From an uncultured delta proteobacterium (GTDB lineage Bacteria; Desulfobacterota; Syntrophorhabdia; Syntrophorhabdales; WCHB1-27): a DNA stretch of 64,000 nucleotides. Below, piece by piece: positions 49,016 through 58,941 of the stretch (position 1 is the first letter of the stretch; each line of letters opens with the position of its first letter). The stretch is from contig CAWEPK010000007.1 in NCBI GenBank assembly GCA_963810935.1, positions 32,001 through 96,000 of the forward strand, read 5' to 3'. The notes below the pieces were generated by a model. It was given only the letters and a program-made list of their open reading frames with translations, made no database searches and was not told the DNA's origin. Made by a program: the position numbers and the translations under genes.

Positions 49016-49729
49016 ATGGGAAAGAAAGTGTTCCCGGCATTTATCGTGTTTTTCTTCGTTCTCGGTTTTTTTAGCGTCGTTTACGCTCAAACAGCGGGCG
49101 CGCAGGCGCCTGCCCCTTCGGACGGCAAAGTCCTCGCGCAGCCCGTGAAGAAGGTCGCGGATCAGCCGGACCCTACCAATTATTTTATACTGAAAGGCGG
49201 AGCCTTCTGGCCTAAGGGCGACTTGCAGCCCTTGGGAACGGGCTTTACCGGGGAGTTCGCCTACGGATGGCGGTTCTCGCAGTACGCAGCCGTTGAGCTT
49301 GGCTCGGGTTATCTCAACCTGGGTAAGACGCTGCGCCAGTCCGACCCGGACTTCGGGACAATCACGAACAAGCAGACGGTATACGCCGTGCCCCTTACCC
49401 TGGCACTCAAGCCGATCATACCGATCACCAAGGAATTCGAGGTCTTCGGCCTGATAGGAGCCGGAGGGTATTACATCAACAACAGCAATACCTTCACCAT
49501 CCCCGGTGAGGGCAGCGTCAAGTGGACAGGCCACAGCGTCACTTACGGCGGCTTCGTGGGCGCGGGCGTGAACTACAACCTGACGAGGAACTGGTTTGTC
49601 GGCGTTGAGGGCAAGTACCTCTCGACGGCTAGGCCCAAATATACGACAAACATCTTCGGAGAGCGCCTGGTCTATAATTTCAGGACCGAGGGCATAATAA
49701 GCACGTTCAACGTCGGCTACAGGTTCTAA
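49016..49729 (+). CDS. Outer-membrane beta-barrel protein (OmpA/OmpW-like)
   Basis: Signal peptide, amphipathic strands, C-terminal VGYRF. Confidence 0.85.
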   Translation: MGKKVFPAFIVFFFVLGFFSVVYAQTAGAQAPAPSDGKVLAQPVKKVADQPDPTNYFILKGGAFWPKGDLQPLGTGFTGEFAYGWRFSQYAAVELGSGYLNLGKTLRQSDPDFGTITNKQTVYAVPLTLALKPIIPITKEFEVFGLIGAGGYYINNSNTFTIPGEGSVKWTGHSVTYGGFVGAGVNYNLTRNWFVGVEGKYLSTARPKYTTNIFGERLVYNFRTEGIISTFNVGYRF

Positions 49730-49761
49730 CCCGGGCTTATACGGGAAAAAAGAAAACGAAA

Positions 49762-49798
49762 CGGAGCAGGGAGCGTGTGATAAGCGTTCCCTGCTCCG
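49762..49798. terminator. Terminator-like hairpin between the OMP gene and clpB
   Basis: CGGAGCAGGGAGCG...CGTTCCCTGCTCCG stem, preceded by an A-rich tract. Confidence 0.6.
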
Positions 49799-50032
49799 AT
49801 ATTATGGCATGCCTGTGCGGCCGGCAATTACGGCGGCTCAGCGCCCCCTCGTCGGCAAAGCCGCCGGAGCCGCGCGTCTCAGCGCTGCGCATACGCATGC
49901 TTTATTGCCGCTGTTTGTTCAGCGGCAATTGCTGGGGCTCGCGTCGCAACGTCCGGCGGGATCAGCCGCATTAGCGGGCCTCCCCTTCATAAAAAGGAAG
50001 GGGCATTTACCCGGGCGATTCGCAGTGCTTTT

Positions 50033-52651
50033 TTACGACGCCGCGGCCCGCCGCTTTTCTCCCTTCTTGCTGAAGACCGCGTTCCCCGATCCGTCCGCGT
50101 CCACCGTAATGACGGCCCCTTCCGCCACGTCCCCTTTCAGTATCTCCATGGCAAGCTCGTCCTGCACCTTCCGCTGGATGAGCCTTTTGAGCGGTCGCGC
50201 GCCGTACACCGGGTCGTAGCCCTCCGTTGCTAAGGCCTCTTTCAGGCGGTCGGTGAAATCCAGGGTGATGCCCTGCTCGGCGGTCCTCTTCGAGAGGTAC
50301 CGCAGTTGCAGCTCGACGATCTTCTTCAGGTCTTCACGGCTGAGCGGCTTGAAGATGATCTGCTCGTCGATGCGGTTGATGAACTCCGGCTTGAACTGTG
50401 CCCTTACCGCCTCCATGACGCGCTCCTTCAGGCGGTCGTAGTTGCCTGCCGTCGCCTCGCTCGTGATGAACTGGCTGCCGATGTTCGAGGTCATGACGAT
50501 GACGCTGTTCTTGAAATCGACCGTCCGCCCCTGGCCGTCCGTGAGCCGCCCGTCGTCGAGCACCTGGAGCAGCACGTTGAAGACGTCCTGGTGCGCCTTC
50601 TCTATCTCGTCGAGGAGAACTATCGAGTACGGCCGCCTGCGGACAGCCTCCGTCAGGAAGCCGCCCTCCTCGTAGCCGACGTAGCCGGGGGGCGCGCCGA
50701 TCAGCCGCGAGACCGTGTGCCTCTCCTGGAATTCGCTCATGTCGATCCTGATGATGGCCTGCTCGTCGTCAAAAAGAAATTCCGCGAGCGCCTTGGCAAG
50801 CTCCGTCTTGCCGACGCCCGTAGGCCCCATGAAGAGGAAGCTGCCGAGCGGCCGGTTCGGGTCCTGCAAGCCCGCCCTGGCGCGCCTGATGGTGTTGGCG
50901 ACTGCCGTGATCGCCTCTTCCTGGTCGATCACCCTCTGATGGAGGCGCTCTTCCATCTGTATCATCTTGTGCCGCTCGCCTTCGAGCATGCGCGACACGG
51001 GGATGCCCGTCCACTTGGAGACGATCTCGGCGATGTCCTCCTCGTCCACCTCTTCCTTGAGCATCTTCTTGCCGGACTGCAACGCGGCAAGCTCTTTATC
51101 TTTGCCGGCCAATTCCTTTTCCAGCGCGACGATGGTGCCGTAGCGGATTTCAGCGGCCTTGCCGAAATCGCCCCTGCGCTCCGCCTCGTCGCCTTCCGTG
51201 CGGGCCTTGTCGGTCTTCTCCTTGATGTCGCGGATCGCAGTGATAAGCAGGCGCTCCTTCTCCCAGTGCTTCCTGTGCTTGTCTACCTCTTTCTTCAGGT
51301 CCGCCGCCTCTTTTTCGAGCTTCCTGCGCCTCTCTGCGGATGCCTCGTCCCTCTCTCGCTTAAGGGCCTCGATCTCGATCTGCACCTGTATGAGCCTGCG
51401 CTGTAGCTCGTCGATCTCCGCGGGCACGCTGTCCATCTCGATGCGCAGCCTGGATGCCGCCTCGTCGACGAGGTCAATCGCCTTGTCGGGGAGGAACCTG
51501 TCCGTGATGTAGCGGTGCGAGAGCGTTGCCGCCTCGATGAGCGCGGAGTCCTTGATCTTGACGCCGTGGTGCAGCTCGTAGCGCTCTTTCAGGCCGCGCA
51601 GAATGGCTATCGTCTCCTCCACGCTCGGCTCGCCGACGAGCACGGGCTGGAACCGGCGCTCCAGGGCCGCGTCCTTCTCGATGTACTTCCTGTACTCGTT
51701 GAGGGTGGTCGCGCCGATGGCGCGCAGCTCGCCCCGCGCGAGCTTGGGCTTGAGCATGTTCGACGCGTCTATCGCGCCTTGGGCCGCGCCTGCGCCGACT
51801 ATCGTGTGAAGTTCGTCGATGAAGATGATGATCGCCCCGGCCGCCTCGTCGATCTCTTTCAGCACGGCCTTCAGTCTGTCTTCGAACTCGCCCCGGTACT
51901 TCGCCCCGGCGAGGAGCGCGCCAAGGTCGAGGGCCATGATTTTCTTGTTTTTCAAGGTTTCCGGCACGTCGCCCTGCACGATCCTCTGCGCGAGACCTTC
52001 CACGACGGCCGTTTTGCCGACGCCCGCCTCCCCGATGATGACGGGGTTGTTCTTCGTGCGGCGGGATAGTACCTGCATGACGCGCCTGATCTCGTCGTCG
52101 CGCCCGATGACGGGGTCGAGCTTCCCTTTTCGCGCCTCTGCGGTAAGGTCGCGGCAATACCGCTGGAGGGCCTGGTATTTCTCTTCGGGGTTCTGGTCGG
52201 TAATGCGCTGCGACCCCCGGATGTCTTTCAGGATCGCGTATATCCGGTCTTTGGTCACGCCCGCCCGGTGCAGCAGCCCGGCGGCCGCGCTCGTGTGGCT
52301 CTCGGCGATGCCGATAAGCAGGTGCTCGGTGCTGACGTATTCGTCTTTGAGCCGGTCGGCCTCCGTTGTGGCGACGTCGAGCGCTTTTTTCAGGCCGGGG
52401 CCCATGTAGACCTCGCCGCCCGCGCCCTGAACTACGGGCAGCCGGCCAAGCTCGCCCTCGACGTTGGCGACCAGCGCGTCCGCGCTAGCGCCAAGCTTTT
52501 CCAGGATGGCCCGGACCGTGCCCTCTTTCTCCTGGAGCAGGGCATAGAGCAGGTGCTCGTTCTCCAGCGCCTGGTGGCCCAGCTCCTCGGCCTTTTTCTG
52601 CGCCTCGGCAATGGCCTCCTGGGACTTAACGGTAAATTTATCCAACCGCAT
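50033..52651 (-). CDS. clpB: ATP-dependent chaperone ClpB
   Basis: [13 protein letters not shown], two Walker A motifs ([16 protein letters not shown]), coiled-coil middle domain and YGARPLKR. Confidence 0.97.
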   Translation of the reverse strand: MRLDKFTVKSQEAIAEAQKKAEELGHQALENEHLLYALLQEKEGTVRAILEKLGASADALVANVEGELGRLPVVQGAGGEVYMGPGLKKALDVATTEADRLKDEYVSTEHLLIGIAESHTSAAAGLLHRAGVTKDRIYAILKDIRGSQRITDQNPEEKYQALQRYCRDLTAEARKGKLDPVIGRDDEIRRVMQVLSRRTKNNPVIIGEAGVGKTAVVEGLAQRIVQGDVPETLKNKKIMALDLGALLAGAKYRGEFEDRLKAVLKEIDEAAGAIIIFIDELHTIVGAGAAQGAIDASNMLKPKLARGELRAIGATTLNEYRKYIEKDAALERRFQPVLVGEPSVEETIAILRGLKERYELHHGVKIKDSALIEAATLSHRYITDRFLPDKAIDLVDEAASRLRIEMDSVPAEIDELQRRLIQVQIEIEALKRERDEASAERRRKLEKEAADLKKEVDKHRKHWEKERLLITAIRDIKEKTDKARTEGDEAERRGDFGKAAEIRYGTIVALEKELAGKDKELAALQSGKKMLKEEVDEEDIAEIVSKWTGIPVSRMLEGERHKMIQMEERLHQRVIDQEEAITAVANTIRRARAGLQDPNRPLGSFLFMGPTGVGKTELAKALAEFLFDDEQAIIRIDMSEFQERHTVSRLIGAPPGYVGYEEGGFLTEAVRRRPYSIVLLDEIEKAHQDVFNVLLQVLDDGRLTDGQGRTVDFKNSVIVMTSNIGSQFITSEATAGNYDRLKERVMEAVRAQFKPEFINRIDEQIIFKPLSREDLKKIVELQLRYLSKRTAEQGITLDFTDRLKEALATEGYDPVYGARPLKRLIQRKVQDELAMEILKGDVAEGAVITVDADGSGNAVFSKKGEKRRAAAS

Positions 52652-52907
52652 AGGATCGCTCCTTATTGTTTACATTTACTAACAATCAAGATAATCCCTC
52701 GGCCGGATATACGCAAGAAGGCCTGATTACAGGCCGAGGGAGATAGCCGCGGCCGGAGGTCGAGGTGGGGGTGTTTAGGGATCACATGTCGGATTTGAGG
52801 GGGCTGGAGGCACAGTGAATGTTCCACCTGCAAGTGGCGCGTCGGGCCAGAGGCCATGAATCACGCATTACCGCGGAAACATGATAATGCAGACTTAAGC
52901 CGGAGCG

Positions 52908-54156
52908 TTAGCTATCGATTCCAACGTCTTGTTGGGGCGTCTTTTCGTGAACTGTGGTCAGCGGACGTTTGAAACCGCCGTCAACAGAAAGCGGTGAGGT
53001 GTCTGTCTTTCCGTTCATGGAACAGGGCGGATAAATTTGGTAGGCTTGGTTCTCTTGGCTTCGGAGCCTTGGTTTGAGGCCGACAAAACGCGCTCTTGCG
53101 CCTTTAAGGTATTCCTCGGAAAGTTCGCAGCAGGCCCATCTGCGGCTTAGAGCCTCAGCGACTTCCCCCGTAACACAGGAACCGGCGAAGGGATCGACTA
53201 CCAGATCGTTCTTGTCTGTAAGCATTCTGATGAAGTATTCAGGGATGCCGGCAGGAAACCGTGCGGGATGAACCGGCAAAGAGTTAGCACGGCAATACTC
53301 TTGGTATGCGCCATTTGACTCCGTATTGGCGAGAGCGATTAAATTAGGCGGAACGGAACCGCCGTTGTCTTTGCCGAACTTATCTGAGATGTCATGTCCC
53401 GAAGGTCTTAGTTTAGGGGTATAACCGTTCTTCAAAAGTGACTTCATCGAGTCGCTATAGGGCGCAAGGACCCGCTTGTTCGATGCCTTTGGCCAAGGCG
53501 ACCGAGAAAGCCACCAGATACAATCTACTGCGTCTTTGACCCGTATTCGTCGTACATTTACCCATTCTGCAGGGGTGGGGAGTTTAGCGGGGTTCCACCA
53601 ATAGTGTTCTTGACACAAATGAAAATCATAGTCCCGACACAACGTAATAAGCAGTTCAAAGTGATATAAAGACCGTGTGGGCATGCCCGACTTCCAAGAC
53701 CCGCCGATATCAATGACTAAGCTTCCCTGATTCTTTAGAACCCTTCTCATTCCCTCGGCAAAAGGACGAAACCACTTTACATATTGGTCGGCATCCTCAT
53801 TGCCATAAGCCTTTTTCCTTACTAGCCCGAAAGGCGGAGATGTGACTATTAGGTCAACGCTGTTCGGCTCCAACGTCCTATGCAACAAACCAAGCGAATC
53901 ACCATGGTAAATCTGCCCTAAATTGGTCTCCTCAAACAATGTCGGGTCCAACAGGCCATAGAACATCCCTGTTTCCTTTATTTGGGAGTCGAGGGTCTCG
54001 GGTTTTTGAGATGTAGCGTGTAAGTGTCGAAGATAGCCGCTTAACGAATCGAAGCCTTCTCGCCGAGTCTGCTTGTTCCATCTCAGCATATTCATTTGCT
54101 GCGAGACGGAAGTTAACAACACGACTTCGAGGATTCTGGCTCTTTGGACGCGGCAT
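52908..54156 (-). CDS. Beta-class amino-MTase (likely N4-cytosine) with N-terminal ribbon-helix-helix domain; +1 frameshift near 54075
   Basis: DLIVTSPPF (motif IV) precedes HPARFP and DPFAGS (motif I). The upstream frame MPRPKSQNPRSRVVNFRLAANEYAEME joins KQTRREGFDSLSGYLRHL. The MTase core alone could start at ATG 53966. Confidence 0.8.
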
Positions 54157-54162
54157 CGAGTT

Positions 54163-54191
54163 ACAGTAAGACAAAAACTAATCTAAGTCAA
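54163..54191 (-). promoter_or_regulatory. sigma70 promoter for an apparently leaderless RHH-MTase mRNA
   Basis: TTGACT-17-TACTGT ending 6 nt before ATG 54156; no RBS. Confidence 0.65.
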
Positions 54192-54219
54192 CTTATTTCT
54201 GTATGACAAATACCCGATG

Positions 54220-55218
54220 TCATCCGGCTTCGCGAAAGGTATTGGCCCGCCTGATGAAATCAATGCTGGGCCACTGTCGTCGGTCTGGTGGCAAAAAGAT
54301 TTCCCGGTTTAGGCGTGCTTCAAATTCGGGCATGCCTCCGCCGAGCCCCAACCGGACCAAGTCGCGCTTTTTTGTGGCATTAATCAGCATCCTTCTATCT
54401 TCGGTCAGATAAATCAGGCCCCGGTCATACGCCCTATGGTAGGTTGGTGAAAGACAAATCCCGTTCGTGACCTCGTCGGTACTGCCTTCGGCTCCTACGG
54501 GCAGAATGTGGGCGGCCTCAACCAGCCGTAGCTGAAGGCCGGTAACAGCGCACTTGCGATCGTATGCAACGGTAACCTTGCGGCGAAAGTCGCTGTCTCT
54601 TGCGAGGCGTGATATTTTGGCAATAATACGACGTCGTTCTTCTGGAACGGTAGCAACTTCTTCATCGGTCACAGCCTCAAAACGGGTGACCTTGCTCAGG
54701 ATGTCTGAGACCCTTGCGTCTGCTCCACTCTCATGAAGGGCCTCTACATTCAGTGAATACACGAGGATATTGTCGGGCCGGAATCCTATTGCAATTTCGT
54801 CATTTCCCTTTCGTACAAACGTAAACCCGTCTCGAACCGCGTTACGAAGTGCAGTGATGTTTATCTGTATGGATGGAGACCGAAGGGAGAAATCTCGGTG
54901 TTTGCGCAGATCAAAACCGGCAAAACACTTCGTGCCTGGGTCATAACCAAGGAGAAGGGTCGGGCCGTCGGGGTTTTCGGGAAGTGGCGGTGTCACCGAT
55001 GTCAATTGTATTCGATATTCATCAACGGGGCGTGCAGCCCCGCCACCATGAGTTAAGGTCCAAATATATATCCAGACCGAGAATGACATCTCGCCCGCGA
55101 CAATATAGAACCTACGGGGGTGTATTCGCTTCTCGGAAACGAGTGCGGCGGATGCTCCTGCTTCTGTGAATGCGTCTTCAATCGCACCGACGATTTGTGC
55201 AGGTGATAATGCTGCCAT
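54220..55218 (-). CDS. HNH endonuclease (HNH_2-type) with uncharacterised N-terminal domain
   Basis: RDSDFRRKV, CAVTG...EAAHI and NGICLSPTYHRAYDRG; lower GC. Confidence 0.85.
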   Translation of the reverse strand: MAALSPAQIVGAIEDAFTEAGASAALVSEKRIHPRRFYIVAGEMSFSVWIYIWTLTHGGGAARPVDEYRIQLTSVTPPLPENPDGPTLLLGYDPGTKCFAGFDLRKHRDFSLRSPSIQINITALRNAVRDGFTFVRKGNDEIAIGFRPDNILVYSLNVEALHESGADARVSDILSKVTRFEAVTDEEVATVPEERRRIIAKISRLARDSDFRRKVTVAYDRKCAVTGLQLRLVEAAHILPVGAEGSTDEVTNGICLSPTYHRAYDRGLIYLTEDRRMLINATKKRDLVRLGLGGGMPEFEARLNREIFLPPDRRQWPSIDFIRRANTFREAG

Positions 55219-55511
55219 TATTCATCCTATCTTATTTCTTCCCTATTTTGTAGCCCTAACTATTTTTTATCCTTTTACGTGTTTGCTCTCCATTCTACGT
55301 TTAGTATTGAAGGCGGTCAAGAAAAAATGACGAGACAGCGGCCGAAACGGGGTCGCGGCAAGTATTTTTATTTCTTTCCGGGAAGTCAGGCCCACGATTG
55401 CCGGCCGAAAGCTGCAAACGATGGCGGAAGAGGCGGATAACGGACTACAGGAAGGAAGACCGAAGCCCATGCGGTCTCACCAACCCGGCCCCCACGTTGC
55501 TTTCCCCGCCC

Positions 55512-55886
55512 CTAAACCCGCTCTTTGGCCCTCACGGCCGGTGTCTTCCTGCTTTTGGACGGGTTTGGGGGCCGGGCAGGCGCATCCTTCACGTAAACCG
55601 GTTCCGCGTGCAAAGCCAAACCGAGGGCGTCGATGACCTTCAGAACGGTGTCGAAGCCGGGGCTGCGTTCCCCGGAAAGCGCCTTATAGAGGCTTTCACG
55701 GGACAGGCCGGCGTCGCGCGCTACCTGGGACATGCCTCTGGCCCGCGCTATGTCGCCCAGGGCCTTGGCGATAAAGCCGGCGTCCCCGTTAGCCTCCTCA
55801 ATGCTCGCTTCGAGGTAAGCGGCCATTTCCTCCGGGGTGCGAAGGTGCTCGGCAACATCGTATTTGGTAGTAGTGGTGCGTGCCAT
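55512..55886 (-). CDS. Addiction-module antidote protein (HigA-like HTH)
   Basis: AAYLEA, ALGDIARARGMSQVARDAGLSRESLYKALSG. Confidence 0.9.
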   Translation of the reverse strand: MARTTTTKYDVAEHLRTPEEMAAYLEASIEEANGDAGFIAKALGDIARARGMSQVARDAGLSRESLYKALSGERSPGFDTVLKVIDALGLALHAEPVYVKDAPARPPNPSKSRKTPAVRAKERV

Positions 55887-55889
55887 TGC

Positions 55890-56186
55890 TTACTCCTGTA
55901 AACCCCTTGCCAATCGCAAGGCGGTTTTGATATCCCTGGCCTGCGTGCGTTTGTCGCCTCCGGCTAATAGAATTACAAGCGATTGTCCGCACTCTTTATA
56001 GTAGACGCGGTAACCCGGTCCGTAGTCGATCCGCAATTCCGACACGCCTTCGCCGACAGGCCCTACATCTCCGGGGTTCCCTGCCGCCAACCGCTCTATT
56101 CTTACAAGCACACGAGCACGCGCACGGACATCATTCAGCCCGTCAAGCCACCGGGCGAAGACTTTAGTTTTGCGGACCTCGACCAT
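55890..56186 (-). CDS. RelE/ParE-family addiction-module killer protein (HigB-like)
   Basis: FARWLDGL, GNPGD, ELRIDYGPGYRVYY and LLAGGDK. Confidence 0.92.
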   Translation of the reverse strand: MVEVRKTKVFARWLDGLNDVRARARVLVRIERLAAGNPGDVGPVGEGVSELRIDYGPGYRVYYKECGQSLVILLAGGDKRTQARDIKTALRLARGLQE

Positions 56187-56192
56187 GAATAT

Positions 56193-56221
56193 AGTGTAGC
56201 CTGTTGGCTACACTTTGTCAA
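56193..56221 (-). promoter_or_regulatory. TA module 1 promoter/operator
   Basis: TTGACA-17-TACACT, 6 nt before ATG; perfect dyad AGTGTAGCC-N4-GGCTACACT at 56193-56214. Confidence 0.8.
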
Positions 56222-56296
56222 GAGGAATGACGGGATTGTAAGGAAGGCAGCGGCACCGCAAGGCAATTGACCCGGCCACCCCCTATGCCCCTACCG

Positions 56297-56602
56297 TCAG
56301 GCGGCGGTGCTGAGTCCTTCGGCCTCGATCGACAGCTTAAAGCCCATTGCGTGGAGGATGCTGAGGAGGCTTTTGAATTCGGGGTTTCCCCGCCCGGAAA
56401 GCATACGATAAAGGCTTTCCCGCGTTAGATTGGCCCTCTCTGCAATTGCCGCCATACCGCCGTTAGCCTCCACGACGTTTCTCAGCGCGAGCAGGAAGAC
56501 GGCGCGGTCTCTTTCTGCGATGGCTGCACTCAGGTACGCCGCAGCCTCGTTATGGTCCTTTAGCGCCTCGATCAAATCTTTTTGATAAGAAGATTCAGCC
56601 AT
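56297..56602 (-). CDS. Addiction-module antidote protein (HigA-like HTH)
   Basis: AAAYLSAA, ALRNVVEANGGMAAIAERANLTRESLYRMLSGRGNP. Confidence 0.9.
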   Translation of the reverse strand: MAESSYQKDLIEALKDHNEAAAYLSAAIAERDRAVFLLALRNVVEANGGMAAIAERANLTRESLYRMLSGRGNPEFKSLLSILHAMGFKLSIEAEGLSTAA

Positions 56603-56936
56603 GTTTATTCCTCTCCTTATAATCTTGCCAGTACTCTCTTGCGGTTGCTATGTCCTTTTGCTGACTCGATTTATTTCCGCCGAGCAGAAGCAACAGGAGG
56701 CGCTTGCCTTCAATCCCAAAGTAGATGCGGTATCCCGGTCCGTAATCGACCTTCAGTTCATAAACACCTGTGCCGACGGTACGGTAATCACCGAGGTTAC
56801 CCAGGCGGGCACGGTCCAATCGGATGCGTATCTTAGCCCTCGCCATAACGTCTCTAAGATTCTCAAGCCAGGCTTGGAAAGGTTTTTTCCCTTCACGAGT
56901 TATGTAATATTCAATCTCGTATGGGAAAATCGCCAT
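56595..56936 (-). CDS. RelE/ParE-family addiction-module killer protein (HigB-like)
   Basis: PFQAWLENL, GNLGD, ELKVDYGPGYRIYF and LLGGNK. Confidence 0.92.
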   Translation of the reverse strand: MAIFPYEIEYYITREGKKPFQAWLENLRDVMARAKIRIRLDRARLGNLGDYRTVGTGVYELKVDYGPGYRIYFGIEGKRLLLLLLGGNKSSQQKDIATAREYWQDYKERNKHG

Positions 56937-56941
56937 GATTA

Positions 56942-56970
56942 ATTGTAACTTATAAGTTACTCCCCGTCAA
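56942..56970 (-). promoter_or_regulatory. TA module 2 promoter/operator
   Basis: TTGACG-17-TACAAT, 5 nt before ATG; dyad GTAACTTATAAGTTAC. Confidence 0.8.
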
Positions 56971-57118
56971 GCGGGCGAATGGTGAAACCTGCCTCACCCC
57001 GGCCCCACACTACCCCGCTTTACACAATAGAAGCACTCTGTTACACTACCCCGTCGGCGGATTCTTTTGCCGCCTGTGTGGCTTTTCGCCGCAAATACAA
57101 GATACAGAAGGAGTATTC

Positions 57119-57748
57119 GTGAAAGGAAAAATAGTTTTACCGTTGGTGATCGCATTAGCATGCCTTATCTCAAACAATGCCATGGCAGTATCGGGGCGGG
57201 CCACTGACGCAGTGCGCGGAATGATGGACCAGGTAATCGCGATCCAGAACAACCAGGGCCTCCAGGGCCAGGAAGGACAGGCAACGAAGAAGACCGAAAT
57301 CAGGAACGTCATCCTCAAAAACTTCAATTTTGAAGAGATGATGAAGGGCGCCCTGGGCCAGTATTACAGCAGCCTGAATCAGGCGCAGCTCACCGAGTTC
57401 AAGTCGGTCTTTCAGGACCTCTTTCTCATTTCATATGCCAAGATGGTCATGGATTTCGTGAAGAATGAAAAAATTGACTTCAAGGGGGAGTCGGAGGGCG
57501 GTAGCCAGGTGACGGTGAAAACGGTCATGAAGTTCGTCGGCAGCGACATCACGGTGGACTATTCCCTTATGCAGAAAAGCGGGAAATATCAGGTCAGCGA
57601 CGTTGCCGCGGACGGCGTGAGCATGGTGGGCAATTACCGCAGCGCCTTCTCGCGCGTCATGAAGCAGGAGGGCTATACGGGCCTTCTCAAGAGAATGAAG
57701 CTCCAGCAGCAGGCAGCCGGGATGGAACAGATAAGCAGCGTGAAATAG
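57119..57748 (+). CDS. MlaC/Ttg2D (HpnM-like) periplasmic lipid-binding protein
   Basis: Signal peptide, FNFEEM...ALG, VDYSL and DGVSMVGNYRSAF. Confidence 0.82.
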   Translation: MKGKIVLPLVIALACLISNNAMAVSGRATDAVRGMMDQVIAIQNNQGLQGQEGQATKKTEIRNVILKNFNFEEMMKGALGQYYSSLNQAQLTEFKSVFQDLFLISYAKMVMDFVKNEKIDFKGESEGGSQVTVKTVMKFVGSDITVDYSLMQKSGKYQVSDVAADGVSMVGNYRSAFSRVMKQEGYTGLLKRMKLQQQAAGMEQISSVK

Positions 57749-57778
57749 CGTTATCTTTCATGCGGGGTGCCGCGGCCC

Positions 57779-58531
57779 TTACCTGCTGAGGCGAAAGGCC
57801 AGCGGCACCTGCACCCACTCATCCACGGCTGTCTCGCCCCGCTTTGCCGGGACAAAGCGCCAGCTCCGCACCGCCTCGCCGGCCGCCTTGTCGAGCACAT
57901 CATAGCCCGACGAGCGGGCAACCTCCAGTTGCAGGACATGCCCCTCCCGGCTCACCAGCACCTTCAGCATCACCGTCCCTTCCATCCCCATCTTCCGCGC
58001 CACAGGCGGATAGGCGGGCCGCGGGTTGTTCAGGTAGGCTGCGCCGAACCTGGGAGGGGTCGCAGTCACGGCCGACCCCATCGACGGCGCCGGAGGCATG
58101 GATGCGTGCGTCTGAAATCCGGGCAGCCCTGCGTCGCGGGAGACGGCGCTCCCGGCAGGTAGGTTCGTCCCCGGCAGGTTCACCGGCGTCGATGACGCGG
58201 GCGCATCGGACGGCGGTCCGGGCGGGGATGGGGCATCGGGCGCGGGCCGCTCGGGGGCCTGCCGCGCCGGCGGCTCTTTGGCGGGAGCGGCCCTGGCGGC
58301 CATGGGGAGCGGCTTCGGCGGCCTGACTGCGGGCGCTGCGACGGACTTCGGGGGCACGCGCTCTTCGAGAAGCTCCGCATCGATTGGGGCCGAGGCGTCC
58401 GGCACGGCCGACATGTGGCCGAGCATCAGGCCGAAGCCGTAAATCAGCGCAGCCCACAAAAGGCAGGCCAGCCCGGCAAGCCACGGCAGCCGCCGCCAGT
58501 GATCGTCAAGACGCTCCGTCGCCCTATGCAT
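57779..58531 (-). CDS. tonB: TonB energy transducer
   Basis: TM anchor, Pro-rich linker, NPRPAYP...EGTV, SSG...LDKAA and WRFVPA. Confidence 0.9.
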   Translation of the reverse strand: MHRATERLDDHWRRLPWLAGLACLLWAALIYGFGLMLGHMSAVPDASAPIDAELLEERVPPKSVAAPAVRPPKPLPMAARAAPAKEPPARQAPERPAPDAPSPPGPPSDAPASSTPVNLPGTNLPAGSAVSRDAGLPGFQTHASMPPAPSMGSAVTATPPRFGAAYLNNPRPAYPPVARKMGMEGTVMLKVLVSREGHVLQLEVARSSGYDVLDKAAGEAVRSWRFVPAKRGETAVDEWVQVPLAFRLSR

Positions 58532-58536
58532 TTGCT

Positions 58537-58941
58537 TTATCCGTTATATTTGACTGCTATGAGAAAGTGCTGCGCGCCGGCGCGACGCGCCTCAAGCATG
58601 GCCTTGACTACTACCCCCTGGGGCGCGGCATTGTCGGCAGCAACTATTACGTGGCCGTTAGACGCCTTCAGTTTCGGCATCAGCACCTGCGTAAGGGTGG
58701 CCAGCGTGACGGGCGTCGCATCCAGGAAAATCGCCTGTTCCTTCGTCACGGTGAGCGTGATCGGGGCCTTTGCCTGTATCGGGTCTGCCTTCCCCTCGGG
58801 GAGGTTCACGGGCAGGGAATGGAGGCTCTGCAGGGAGAGGGACGCGAGCATGAAGGTCGCAAGCAAAAAGAACATCACGTCGATCATGGGGATGATCTGG
58901 ATGCGGCCGCTCCGCGCTTCTCTGGACCTGGGGATCTTCAT
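58537..58941 (-). CDS. exbD: Biopolymer transport protein ExbD
   Basis: Start MKIPRS at 58941; IIPMIDVMFFLL and VNLP. Confidence 0.9.
   Translation of the reverse strand: MKIPRSREARSGRIQIIPMIDVMFFLLATFMLASLSLQSLHSLPVNLPEGKADPIQAKAPITLTVTKEQAIFLDATPVTLATLTQVLMPKLKASNGHVIVAADNAAPQGVVVKAMLEARRAGAQHFLIAVKYNG

Noticed and set aside
53932..54174. Independent 80-aa ORF overlapping the MTase
   Set aside because: Only its first ~27 codons from ATG 54156 look RHH-like; the fold is completed in the MTase frame, so it is treated as one frameshifted gene.
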